NCBI GenBank assembly: GCA_001275005.1
Contig: JWZX01003076.1
Span: forward strand, 1 to 32,934
Length of the DNA stretch: 32,934 bases
Source of the DNA: Chrysochromulina tobinii
Lineage: Eukaryota
Direction of reading: 5' to 3'
In this document: positions 1 to 10,100 of the stretch, one piece after another
Numbering within the stretch: position 1 is the stretch's first letter
Layout: the number at the start of each line of letters is the position of its first letter
The notes under the pieces: model-generated
Databases searched by the model: none
The model's input: only the letters and a program-made list of their open reading frames with translations
Told to the model about the DNA's origin: nothing
Translations under genes and position numbers: made by a program

Positions 1-95
1 CCGGCAAAGCCGGCCAAGGGTGCTCGCGCGTGCTTCAGACTGATCGCGCGCGCGCGCAGACCTCACCCTCTTCTTCAGACTTCACCTCCGCAGCC

Positions 96-1998
96 ATGAG
101 CGCGCTGATGGACCTTCTCGCAAACGCGGCCACCGACGTGACTGCGGTGCACGATTCTGAGGCTGCATCCATCCTCCAGCAGCTGTTCTCTTCCGGGCGC
201 GAGTCGTCCGACGTGTCGGCCTCGGATGCAGAGCAAACCGCGGCCACCATGGGTGAGGCCGAGGCCGACGAAACGCCGAGGCCGTGGACGCGAGAGGAGG
301 ATGAGCTCCTGCGGCGCCTCGTGGCTGCCAAGATGGGCCCGCAGGCAGCAAAGCGCGGTCCGGGGAAGGCGCCTGCGGCGCAGCTCGAGACGCGCGAGTG
401 GCGTCAAATTGCGGAGAACTTCGATAACCGCACCGCGATGCAGTGCGCCCACCGCTTCCAGAAGGTCGCCAACCCGGAAAATGTTAAAGGTGCGTCCGCG
501 ACCGTGCTTTTGATCTGACCCTTGGCCATTGTCTGCCACCTCTATCTCAATCCTGGTGGCGCGCGCGCGCCTGCCCCCATCCGGCGCATCGGCCGGCCAC
601 AGCCCATCAGCCTGCGCGCGGTGCACGCGCGCGTGCGCACCTCCACTCCGGCCTTGTCCTCGCACGGCTTGAACGACTACGCGCGACACCACCCAAGTTG
701 CTTGGACCGGCGCCATGGCGCCCATGGTGCTTGGACGACGTGGTCGGCGGCTCACAAGTCCTCTGACCGCGCGCCCGTGTGTTCGCGCTTGCCGCCCCTC
801 CTCGGCGGTCGCTTGCGCAGGGCCATGGAGCGCTAGCGAGGATGAGCAGCTCGTCGAGCTCGTCGGCCAGTACGGCGGCAAGCACTGGGCACGTATCGCG
901 TCCATGCTGCCGGGGCGTACCGGCAAACAGTGCCGCGAACGCTGGTGTAACAACCTGGACCCATCGCTCAAAAAGGGCGCGTGGACGCCCGAGGAGGACG
1001 AGACGATTCTGAGGCTGCACTCAAAGCTCGGCACCAGGTACGCACCGCCGCTAGCTGAGCGATCCCAACGGCCGAAGCCCACCCGCCCTCCGACGCCTCT
1101 TCCCTCTCGTGCACCATCCCTCGTTTGACTCGATGCCGTGTCGCGTGTCCCCCGTGCGTGCCTGCGCAGATGGGCGGAGATTGCCAAGTGCCTTCCGGGG
1201 CGCTCGGACAACTCGGTCAAGAATCGCTGGTACTCGACTTGCTCGCGTATCCTACGGCAGCAGCAGGAGGCCGCCGCGGCCGCGGCGGAGGGCTCCGGGC
1301 GTGTCGTGCCCGCCTTCAAGCCCGATTACGGCGAGCCGTCGGCCGACTCCAAACGGGGGCCCAAGTCGGCCGCGTCGTCCATGGACGCCGCCGAGGCGAC
1401 CGCGTCGGCGCCCATGGAGGTCACACGCACGCACACGAGCGATACGCTCAGCGACGGCGGCACCGAGGTGGCGGACACTGCGCCCGCGACGGCGCCCACG
1501 ACGCCCTCACACTCGGCGGGTTCTACCGGTCTGTCCGCCTCGCCCGCCTCCAAGGAGGCGGGCGGTGCGGCACGCTTGCGGCCCAAGGAGGGAGCGGCCG
1601 CCTCGCCGCGTGAGCGCAAGCGGAAGGCGATGCAATTGCCCAAGCTGACGAGCGCGACCGAGGGTTTCGTCAAAACTGCCGAGGGTGTCGTCTCGGTCGC
1701 GCCGTTTGGGAGCGCGGCTCCCGGAGACGCTCTAGTCCTACCAAAGAGTAAGACGCAGAAGACGCTCAGCCACCTAGGCAGCCTCGTCTTCGAGCCGCAC
1801 GCCGAGCATGCCGGCGGCGCGCGCCCGGCGCCGCCGCCCAACGCGGGCGCTGCCAAGGCGCCACCCCCCCACGAGCCCCTGCCACCCCGCTGCCTCTCAA
1901 TGCCGCCCACGTGGCCGATGCTGTCGGTCGACTTGCCCTCGCGCATGTCGCCGAGCGTGGGCATTGAGGATGGCGCGCGCTCCGCCGAGATCCACTGA
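96..1998 (+). CDS. R1R2R3 (three-repeat) MYB transcription factor; exons 96-489, 821-1037, 1170-1998
   Basis: MYB repeats RPWTREEDELL..WRQIAENFDNRTAMQCAHRF, KGPWSASEDEQL..WARIASMLPGRTGKQCRERWCNNLDP and [38 protein letters not shown]..AG introns 490-820 and 1038-1169 join three ORFs in frame. Confidence 0.93.
490..820 (+). other. Spliceosomal intron 1 of MYB gene
   Basis: AAAG|GTGCGT ... GCGCAG|GG; splicing restores the conserved KGPW. Confidence 0.9.
1038..1169 (+). other. Spliceosomal intron 2 of MYB gene
   Basis: CCAG|GTACGC ... GCGCAG|A; splicing restores [10 protein letters not shown]. Confidence 0.9.
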
Positions 1999-2083
1999 GA
2001 TTTGCCGAGACCCATCGAGATCAACGGGTTCGGAAGGATTGAGGAGCGCCGATGGCCTGCCCGCCTGGTAGCGCTTGATGTGC

Positions 2084-2196
2084 CCCCGCGAGGGTATTGC
2101 ATCCCCGCAAGGGTATTGCATCCCCGCGAGGGCGACGGTTGTATGCTCGCCGCTTGGCACGGATGCATGCTATGGCGGTTGTATGCTCGCCGCTTG
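2084..2196. repeat. Compound minisatellite 3' of MYB
   Basis: 19 bp unit CCCCGC(G/A)AGGGTATTGCAT about 2.5 times (2084-2132), then CGGTTGTATGCTCGCCGCTTG at 2136 and 2176. Confidence 0.85.
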
Positions 2197-2933
2197 CTAC
2201 GGATGGTGGCGGGGGCGATGATGATATGCATGCTACGGGGTGAGAGGACTGGTGAGGGGAGCGCAGAGGAACCCGGCGAGGCACCGACGTGGTCGATCCG
2301 ACCGCAAGGCGAGGCGGGTCATCTCGTCGCGTCTCGTGAGCTCGACGCGCGGAGTCCACAGATGAGTGGGCGCGCCCGCTGTGACGCTTCGCTGCTACCT
2401 GTCAGTGCTTGCCCGCAGCCCCATTGACATGAAAGTGCACCGGTTGACGTGCTGGTGTACACGATGAGCGCATGAAGACTTGAGGTCGTCGCGACCGCGA
2501 CGACCGACGTGCTGTATTTTGAGGGGAATGTGTCGTTGCTCGCGCGACTACCTCACGCGTGCGCGTGCGTTCCCTCGGCCCTTGATAAGTCGTATTTAAT
2601 AAATGAAAGGTTGTTTGAAATGTTTGATGAGTCCGCCAATCCACAATCTTTAATCAGATTGAGATTCAATGTTTCAATCTATCGCGGGTTACATTTGGTT
2701 ACTAAAAGTTACTCAAGTACAATGTACATGTATGTACCGGGTATCAAGACTGTATCAAGAGTGTGTGTCCCGGCTCCCCCCGGTGAACCGGCGGGGATCT
2801 GCGGGGTGTCAAGTTTGATTGGCGTCATTGGCAAAATGTGCAGGTCCAGCAGCGAACCGAACGCAGATATCTGTGGAGTTAGGCGAGCAGGACGGCGACG
2901 CAGCTCTTCCCTCTGGAGGGGCCGAAGCCCGAA

Positions 2934-4964
2934 ATGGCAGAGCGTCCGCCAAGAGTCGCAGAGCGTCCGCCAGATACCCTTGCGGACCCGACGTCGCATC
3001 GAAAGCTGTCCTGCAGCATCATGAAGGTTGCATGGAGGCAGTGCGTACGCATCACTCGTTTGTGCTGCCAAGGCGCGCTGGTTAAAGAGACGGAGCCATC
3101 GTCAAGCACGAAGGCGTGGGGTGATCCTGATCTCGACCGGTACCGTCTGCCCGCATCCATCTGGCGAGCCCTTGAATCAGGTCACGTGATGCTGGTCCGC
3201 ATGACATGGCTGATTGAGTACAGCCGCAGGGGAGGCATCCTAACGCGTCGGCAAGACTTGCCGCCAGAAGCTTTCATATCTCTCCGTGAGCTCCAAGATC
3301 TTTACGGGGAAGGCAACCCCGACAGCGTGCTGCCGATCATTGCAATCTCGTACTGCTGGGAAACTGCAAGTCATCCTGATCCGCACGGGACACAACTGGC
3401 TAAGATTGCCTCGACGATGGAGGCGCAGCGTTCCCTATACGCAAAGTTCTTCGGCGAGATGGGTGTTATGATGGACTGGATCAGCATGTATCAGAAAGAA
3501 CGCACGCCACAGGAGCAATTGGGGTTCCAGTTTGCGCTGACCGAGACGATGGACCTTTGGTATGCCCATCAAGGGACGACAGTATACATGCTCACGGCGC
3601 CCCCAGAACGAAGCGGACGCTCATACTCGGACTCTGGCTGGCCCACATATGAGCGCTGCTCAGCCGAGCAGATCAAAAAGTTCTTTCTGCTCGAGGCCAA
3701 GTGGAAGCTCTGCATGGACTTGGGCCGTGAGGATGTCAAGGACATGGAGCAACAACGCGCGTGGCCCATCGGACCGGAAGACTTTGACACGTTGATTGAG
3801 ACCAAGAAGTTTACCAATGGCGCCGACAGCAATGCAGTCAAAACGCTGTTCCGCAAAATGAGCGCGAAGCAGCTGGGGGGCATTAAGAAGCTCGACTTCT
3901 TTAGCATGAAGACGCCAAACGTTACGGACTGCGAGCGGCTCGGCAGGTGCCTCAACTTGTGCCGCCAACTTGAGACTCTCGATCTTGCTGGGACCGGACT
4001 CGCTGAGGGAAAGTCGACGAAGATTGAACTCCTCCTTAGCCCCTCTGCCTGAATGCTGAAACCAACCCGCGTGCACAACCCCACTGAACCTTACAGATGA
4101 CTGCGTTGAACTCTTCGCCGCTCTCAAGCCGGGCAGCCTACCCGAGCTTGTGGAGATGTGGTGTGATGGAGGGGTGAGCATGAAGAAGGATAACCAGATT
4201 CGAGATGGTGGGTTCCGCGCTATATTGTCTGCTGCCGTCCACTCAATGCCGAAGCTCGCAAAGTTGTGGGTGGAGAGTAACCAAATCACCGCCGTTGGTG
4301 TGGATGCGATGGCCAAGAGCATTCGAGCGGGAGCGCTCTCCAAGTTGAGTCACCTCGGAATCAACGCGAACCTGCTTGCGGATGCCGGTGTCGTCTCTTT
4401 GGCTCATTTGAGTGCTGACGGATTTCTCCCAAAGCTCCGTCTGCTCTTTCTGCACAACAGCCAGATCACACGCGAAGGCTTTGCTGGCCTTTCACTCGCG
4501 TGCGCGCGTGGGGCATTCAAGGTGCTCGAAGAGCTCCCAAACTTCCCCCGCCCGCCTCGCATGCAAGTGCTCACCACGGCGTCCTCTCCCCACAGGTGCT
4601 CGAAGAGCTCTCGATTGGATTCAACCTCTTGGGAGACAATGGCATTCTTGCCTTCTCCCGAGCATGCGAAGTCGGTGCGCTGCAACAGTTGCGTCAGCTC
4701 TTCTTTCAGAGGTGTGCTATCGGAGATGTTGGCTTCCAATCTCTGGCAGATAGCCTGGGTCGCAAGGCACTGCCCAAGCTCTCTGCAATCGACTTGCAAA
4801 TGAATCCCATCAGCTTGGATGTTGTCTCGATGCTCACCCAAAAACGTGCAGGCGCAAAGTTGCCGCCCCTGCGTGTTAATGTGACTGATGGAGTTGAGAT
4901 CCCTTCACTCGTGCTCGAAGTGGATGCAAACGCTCTCTGCTCCATCACTGCAACGTACTCCTGA
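2934..4964 (+). CDS. HET-like (heterokaryon-incompatibility/TIR-related) domain + ribonuclease-inhibitor-type LRR protein; probable exons 2934-4008, 4097-4521, 4596-4964
   Basis: Motifs ISYCW..HPDP, MDWISMYQ, MDLWY and YSDSGWPTYE resemble the HET domain. LRRs follow (LETLDLAGTGL, LAKLWVESNQI, LSHLGINANLL, LRLLFLHNSQI, LEELSIGFNLL, LRQLFFQRCAI, LSAIDLQMNPI). Start may be 2934 or 3021. Confidence 0.8.
4009..4096 (+). other. Probable intron with non-canonical GA donor
   Basis: GAGG|GAAAGT ... CTGAACCTTACAG|AT keeps the frame (AE-D-DCVELF) and removes the stop at 4050-4052. Confidence 0.55.
4522..4595 (+). other. 74 nt GT-AG intron bounded by a 17 bp direct repeat
   Basis: AAG|GTGCTC ... CCCCACAG|GTGCTC; splicing gives FK-VLEELSIGFN, a correct LRR. 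Confidence 0.85.
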
Positions 4965-5129
4965 CACGACAGCCTGTGAGCTGTGTCTGACACAGTGACA
5001 AAGACAAATAGTGCGAATCAAGTCTCTTGAACCGGCATGTAAATCGTCTGGGGACGTCGAGTATTTTAACAGCCAATTCACACATCGGGAGCGAGACGCG
5101 CAAACCTTGGCCGTCCTGGGACAAAAAGG

Positions 5130-6839
5130 GTGCGCTGCCGCCCACCCGCCGCGTCATGTCCAGCGTGTCCGTCGTCGTCCCTTGGCCTTCGGTCCGCTGA
5201 CCGATACACTTTTCCCGTCGCGCAGGAGCGTTCCGATCAGTTCCGAACGAGCGTCATCCGATCTCCGAGAGGCTCCGCGGCGAACTCGAGCATGGTTCCC
5301 GCAAACCTCTGGACAGAGACATCACCGAAATGCGTCCTTTGGGGACGGGGACTTCCTGACGCCATGGCCAATTTCAGTTGTCCTACTTCCAGGCATACGA
5401 ATTTCCATTGGCGTTTTGGCATCCCGAACTGTGCAGCTGCAAATGTAACCATTTCCAATCGAGGTGGCATCCAAGGCTTGGAGGTGCAGCTAGCGGCGGC
5501 GCCTCGCACTGAGGCAGATGCAGCAGCGTTGCGGCTTGTCGTTGAATGCGGCCTTTGGGACTCTTACTGGGGTGTCAAAGGTTTTCCGTTTGACCCTGGG
5601 CTACCCACTCGGCTTCAAACAGCAACAGGCAACGTACCCAAATTTGTCTCGTGGCCGGGGCAGCGCTCTCAGCAGAGCAAACGGTGGTCGTCGCTCTCGC
5701 GACTGCTCTCAGTCTCACCAATAGCAACCCCGCGGCGGGTTGTGCACCATGCTGGCGTGGCTCTGTTCATGTATCGGCACACTTGGGTGGGCCACTTCGG
5801 TCACAACCTGCTACACAACCTTGCCTGCATCATCGAGACTTTTGACGAGTGGCGAATGTTGCATCTATTGCCAAAGCGCACCGCCACCTACGTAGCACTC
5901 GACCTCGGTGCCCATGGTTCCGAGGAGCTTCCGATGAAAATGCTGAGCATGCTTTTCCACCGCGTGCTCTCAGCGAGCCAACTGCCCACTGATGAAGAGC
6001 ACGTATTCGAGCACGCACTCCTCGGCCAGGCCCACCGGCACATGCTCCATATGTCGGTGTATGCCACGCCGTCGCTCGCGCAACGCCGCCTGTATCGTTC
6101 GATGGGAGCCTTGCTCGAGCTGAGCTTCTGCCGTGGGGCGCGCGCCATCTGCACCGCGCCGGCGTCAGTTGATCCGAAGCAGAAAATGCCTGGGCTCTCG
6201 TGGCTGATCGCGGCCGGACGAGGTGTGGAGCGGTGCGCGCAGACGAACCACAGCACCAACATCTCTGCCGATCCCTCGTTGCCGCCAGTGCGAGCGCTGG
6301 TGGCGGTGCGATGCTCAGCAGCAGATGTGACTGCCAAACGCTGCCGCAACGAGGACCCGAACGGAAGTAAGGGTCGCCGCGCGCTTCTCAACGAGGACGA
6401 GGTGATCGCTGCGCTGATCACGGTCAGTGCGGGCACGTGCGTCTTCACGGCAAACCCAGGCACTTTGCCGCTGGCGCAGCAAGTAATGCTCTTCCGATCC
6501 ATGGATGTGTTAGTGGCTGCGAGCGGCTCGGCGCTCATCGGAATGTTCTTTATGCGACCGCGGGCAGTTGTCGTCGAGCTTCTCAGTTTCCAGGGAACCT
6601 CAGTGCCTGACACAACGTGGCACGAGCTGGGCATATCCCTCGGGCTCACGTACAAAGTTCTGCACGAACAGCACTGGTTTGCGCGCACTGCTTTGCCGTG
6701 GGACCGTCGCGAAGCTATCCATGTTGAGCCCAGCGAGCTCGTCGACCTTGTGCGGAGCAGCTTGCATACCGCCTATGGGGACCCGAGCGAGGTCGCCCCG
6801 GCTTTGATGGCGTCCAATCGCCGAAGGGTCCGGTCGTGA
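5130..6839 (+). CDS. Glycosyltransferase family 61 (DUF563, EOGT/xylosyltransferase-like)
   Basis: HFGHNLLHNL and PLAQQVMLFRSMDVLVAASGSALIGMFFMRPRAVVVEL match GT61 motifs. The start is uncertain: first in-frame ATG is 5292, and an out-of-frame ATG lies at 5156. Confidence 0.82.
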   Translation: MRCRPPAASCPACPSSSLGLRSADRYTFPVAQERSDQFRTSVIRSPRGSAANSSMVPANLWTETSPKCVLWGRGLPDAMANFSCPTSRHTNFHWRFGIPNCAAANVTISNRGGIQGLEVQLAAAPRTEADAAALRLVVECGLWDSYWGVKGFPFDPGLPTRLQTATGNVPKFVSWPGQRSQQSKRWSSLSRLLSVSPIATPRRVVHHAGVALFMYRHTWVGHFGHNLLHNLACIIETFDEWRMLHLLPKRTATYVALDLGAHGSEELPMKMLSMLFHRVLSASQLPTDEEHVFEHALLGQAHRHMLHMSVYATPSLAQRRLYRSMGALLELSFCRGARAICTAPASVDPKQKMPGLSWLIAAGRGVERCAQTNHSTNISADPSLPPVRALVAVRCSAADVTAKRCRNEDPNGSKGRRALLNEDEVIAALITVSAGTCVFTANPGTLPLAQQVMLFRSMDVLVAASGSALIGMFFMRPRAVVVELLSFQGTSVPDTTWHELGISLGLTYKVLHEQHWFARTALPWDRREAIHVEPSELVDLVRSSLHTAYGDPSEVAPALMASNRRRVRS

Positions 6840-7106
6840 GTGTGACGATGGAAATGACCAGACACCAGCTATCACAGTCGGCGAGAGAGGACTACGTTTA
6901 CTCTGGAGACACCGCGAGTACGCGGCTGAATTTAGCAACCAACCACAACGACGACTGAACATGTTCCTCACAACAACCTCACAGACGCACAGTCACACAC
7001 GCAGAGCGACTCACAATCTCTCTTTCCGGGTTTTTTTGTGACCGCGACGAAACTGACTTCTGTTTTAGGCAAAAGTTTGCCCCTCGCGTGAAGGGACGCG
7101 AGAACC

Positions 7107-10100
7107 ATGGTACACCTGCTCGAACGGGAAGGACCCATGTCGCCGAGCAGGTGGTCGGGCGCCGACCTGCCATGGAGTCTGGCTGCCATCGGCCCACAGG
7201 TGGTCACACAAGTTGGACCGCGAGTGGACCTCGAGCTCGCGTACGCAGAAGACATGCTCGAAGAGGCGCCAGCACCGCAACCCGTAGAGGCGCCAGCACC
7301 GCACCCTGACGCTGCGCCCTACGCAGACAATGATGCTGCTCCTCCGATCATCGAGGCCGGGGACAGCATGTGGCAACAAATCGCAGGAAGCGCTCGTGTA
7401 CACGTGAAGTTGAAGGGTGTTCACGTGCACACGTGCTCTCCGGGGGGGGCGCAGCAGCATTCGGAAGGTGTGATGCCCCCGCGGGTAGTCCACTTCGTTG
7501 AGAACGCGGCCACGGTACCGTGCGAGTCCGGCGTGGCACCCCGCATCTTCGAGGTCGACCCGATGCATGTCACGGTCGAGACGGACTCAGAGGACGACGC
7601 CACCGCAGACGCCTCCGCGATGCCACGGATGCGGGTTTCCGAGGATCTGCTCGACAAGCTCTCGCAGAGCCACGCCTCCGCGCTTACCGCCTTCGGCGAC
7701 CTCATCGACAATGCACGCGAGAGCGAGGCGACGATGATGCGCATCGACATTCGCAAGCACCCACGGCCAGCCGAGGCGCGTGCGGGGATGGGAGGCGCTC
7801 ACGACGGCGTGTCTCGGCCGCAGGCTTCGATCTCGCATGGAACCGTCTCTGGCCGGATGCGCACGACTCTGGCCGACCTCATGCTCGTCCTCGAGGACGA
7901 CGGGCATGGCATGAGCGAGGGCATCGTGCGCATGGGCCTTGGCTCGATCGGCCACACCTCGAAGAGCCTGAGCGGCGGCAGTGGCTTGCACTACGGCTTC
8001 GGCTCCAAGACGGCACTGTCCAAGCTGGCCGAGTTCTGCCTGATCTTCACACGCGCGGAAGGAGGCCACCGGACCGTCGCGCTCCTCTCGTCGAGCTTCT
8101 CGATCGCGCGCGGCATGGGCGAGATGCTCGTGCCCATCTGCACATGGGAACGCACCGCTGACGAGCTACTGCGCGAGACGGACGAGAAGACCTCGCCGCT
8201 CACCCTCAAGCAACGGCGCGCCTCTCGCGACGAGCTGCTGCGCTGCGCTCACCTGCCCTTTGCGAGCGAGGCGGAGTTGCTCGACGTCTTCAAGCAGGGC
8301 CTCTTCGCTGATGGTGGCACCGGTACGTGTCTCGTCTGCTGGTCCCTCAAACCCGTGCTCACGGTGCGTGTTCACGGCGCTCGTGGCGACGCAAGCGACA
8401 TCGTCATCCGCCCGAATGCGTCCGACCCGCCGCCGATCACGTCGCTCCGCGCGTACTGCGAGCTGCTCTACCTACACGCTCCGAGCGCGACACCGCCTCT
8501 TGTGCCCGTGCTCAAGATCGTGCTTCGAGGGCGCGAGGTCCGCTACCGCAACTGGGACGCCTACCTGTGTGATCTGCGCCACACGGTCACATTGCCCGAC
8601 CCGGCGGAAAACGAGGTCGAGGCGCAGTACGACATAGTCGACGGGCCGGGCGCTGCGGCGCTCCGGCGCGAGGCTAAGAAGGTGAGCCAGCAGGCGCGCG
8701 CCACCTTGACCATCGGCTACGCGCAGACACTCGATGACGTGTACAACACGCTTTCGTGGCCCAGTGGCTCTCTCAAAGGCGTGAGTGCCACGGTGATGTC
8801 GGAGCGCAAGAGAGCGGTTACGGAGGAGCAGACAGGCTTCGCGTTCTATCACAACGGGCGACTGATTCGCATCCTCGAGAAGCTCGTGCTAGCGGCCTCT
8901 AATTCGATTGCCACCTCGACGCGGCGCATTACGCACTACGGCCAAGGGCTCACTGGCTACGTCTCCGAGAACTATCTGGCGCCCGAGCACAACAAGGCGG
9001 TGTACAAGCGAGCTGAGCTCTTCGCGAGCCTCAAGAACGCCGTCAAGCGATCCTGCCAGAAACACCTGAGGGAGAAGGTGGCGCCACGCCTCGACGCCAT
9101 CAAAAGCCTTCCTCTGGCCGCCGCCGCAGTCGCCGCCACCGCCGCGGCGGCGGAGGCCTCGGGCTCTGGTTCGAGCCTGGACGCCGAGGTCAGGCCGCTT
9201 CCATGGGCTGCGACGCCCAAGCACAAGGGCCACCCCAGAAAGTCGCTCGCCGACGAGTGCCAGCGCGAGGCACGTATGCGGCCTAAGGATATTAGCGACA
9301 CCACGGTCGGCAGGGTGATCGCTGTCTCAGCTGGACGGTACAAGCTGCGCATGGACGACATGTTACTCTCAGCCCGCAGCTACCGCGCGAATGAGCTCGT
9401 GGAGACCGTCTTCGATCCGTATGAGCTCGATCGCTCGATGAGCCCAGCGCCCGCCTCCCTCTCGGGCTGCTACGTCGAGGTTTGGTGGCTGTCCGAGGGC
9501 GATCAGCACGACGACGCCCACGACGACGCCGAGGCAGCCCACGACGACTGGTGGCGTGCCACGTTGCGCCATCGACCCGATTTGGGCGAGAGCGGCTGGT
9601 TCGATCTCGAGTATGAGGTGGACCAGACGTGCGAAGAGGTGTTCATAGGCATCTCGCCCGGCACCCGGCTCATGGCGAGCGTGGCCTTCCGGCGCGACGG
9701 CGAGAAGCTCGTCTGGAAATTCCCGAACGTGACGGATAAGGATATGTTCAACCTCCGGCGGGTGGATGCGGCGGCGGATGAGCTGCGGCGTACCATGCTG
9801 CAGCGCATGCTACGGCCCGAGTGTGCGAGCGCCGTGTTGGTGGGCGACACGGCTGAGATGCCACGGCCACCGGCTTCAGCTGCGCCGGCCTCTGTGGAAC
9901 CCGCCTCGTTGGAACAGCCAGACGCTGTGGCCGCCGACGTAGCGCCCTCTCGTGCTGCTGAGGCCGCGGCTTCGTCAAGCGCCATGCGCTCAACAGCAAG
10001 GCAGCGGGCCGCGGCTTCGTCAAGCGCAATGCGCTCAATAGCAGGGCAGCGGAATGCGGCGCCGGCGGTTGGCGCTGTTGCTGGTGTTGGTGCGGCCGCT

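Noticed and set aside
709..722. Palindrome GGCGCCATGGCGCC in MYB intron 1
   Set aside because: Plausible by chance in very GC-rich DNA
2084..2196. Repeat-spacer-like pattern as possible CRISPR
   Set aside because: Only two spaced copies; simple duplication suffices
75..2231. Minus-strand ORFs of 414 and 301 aa over the MYB gene
   Set aside because: Antisense shadows; the spliced + strand model explains the region
2509..3024. 171 aa ORF in the MYB-LRR intergenic region
   Set aside because: Non-ATG start, AT-rich promoter-like sequence, no motifs
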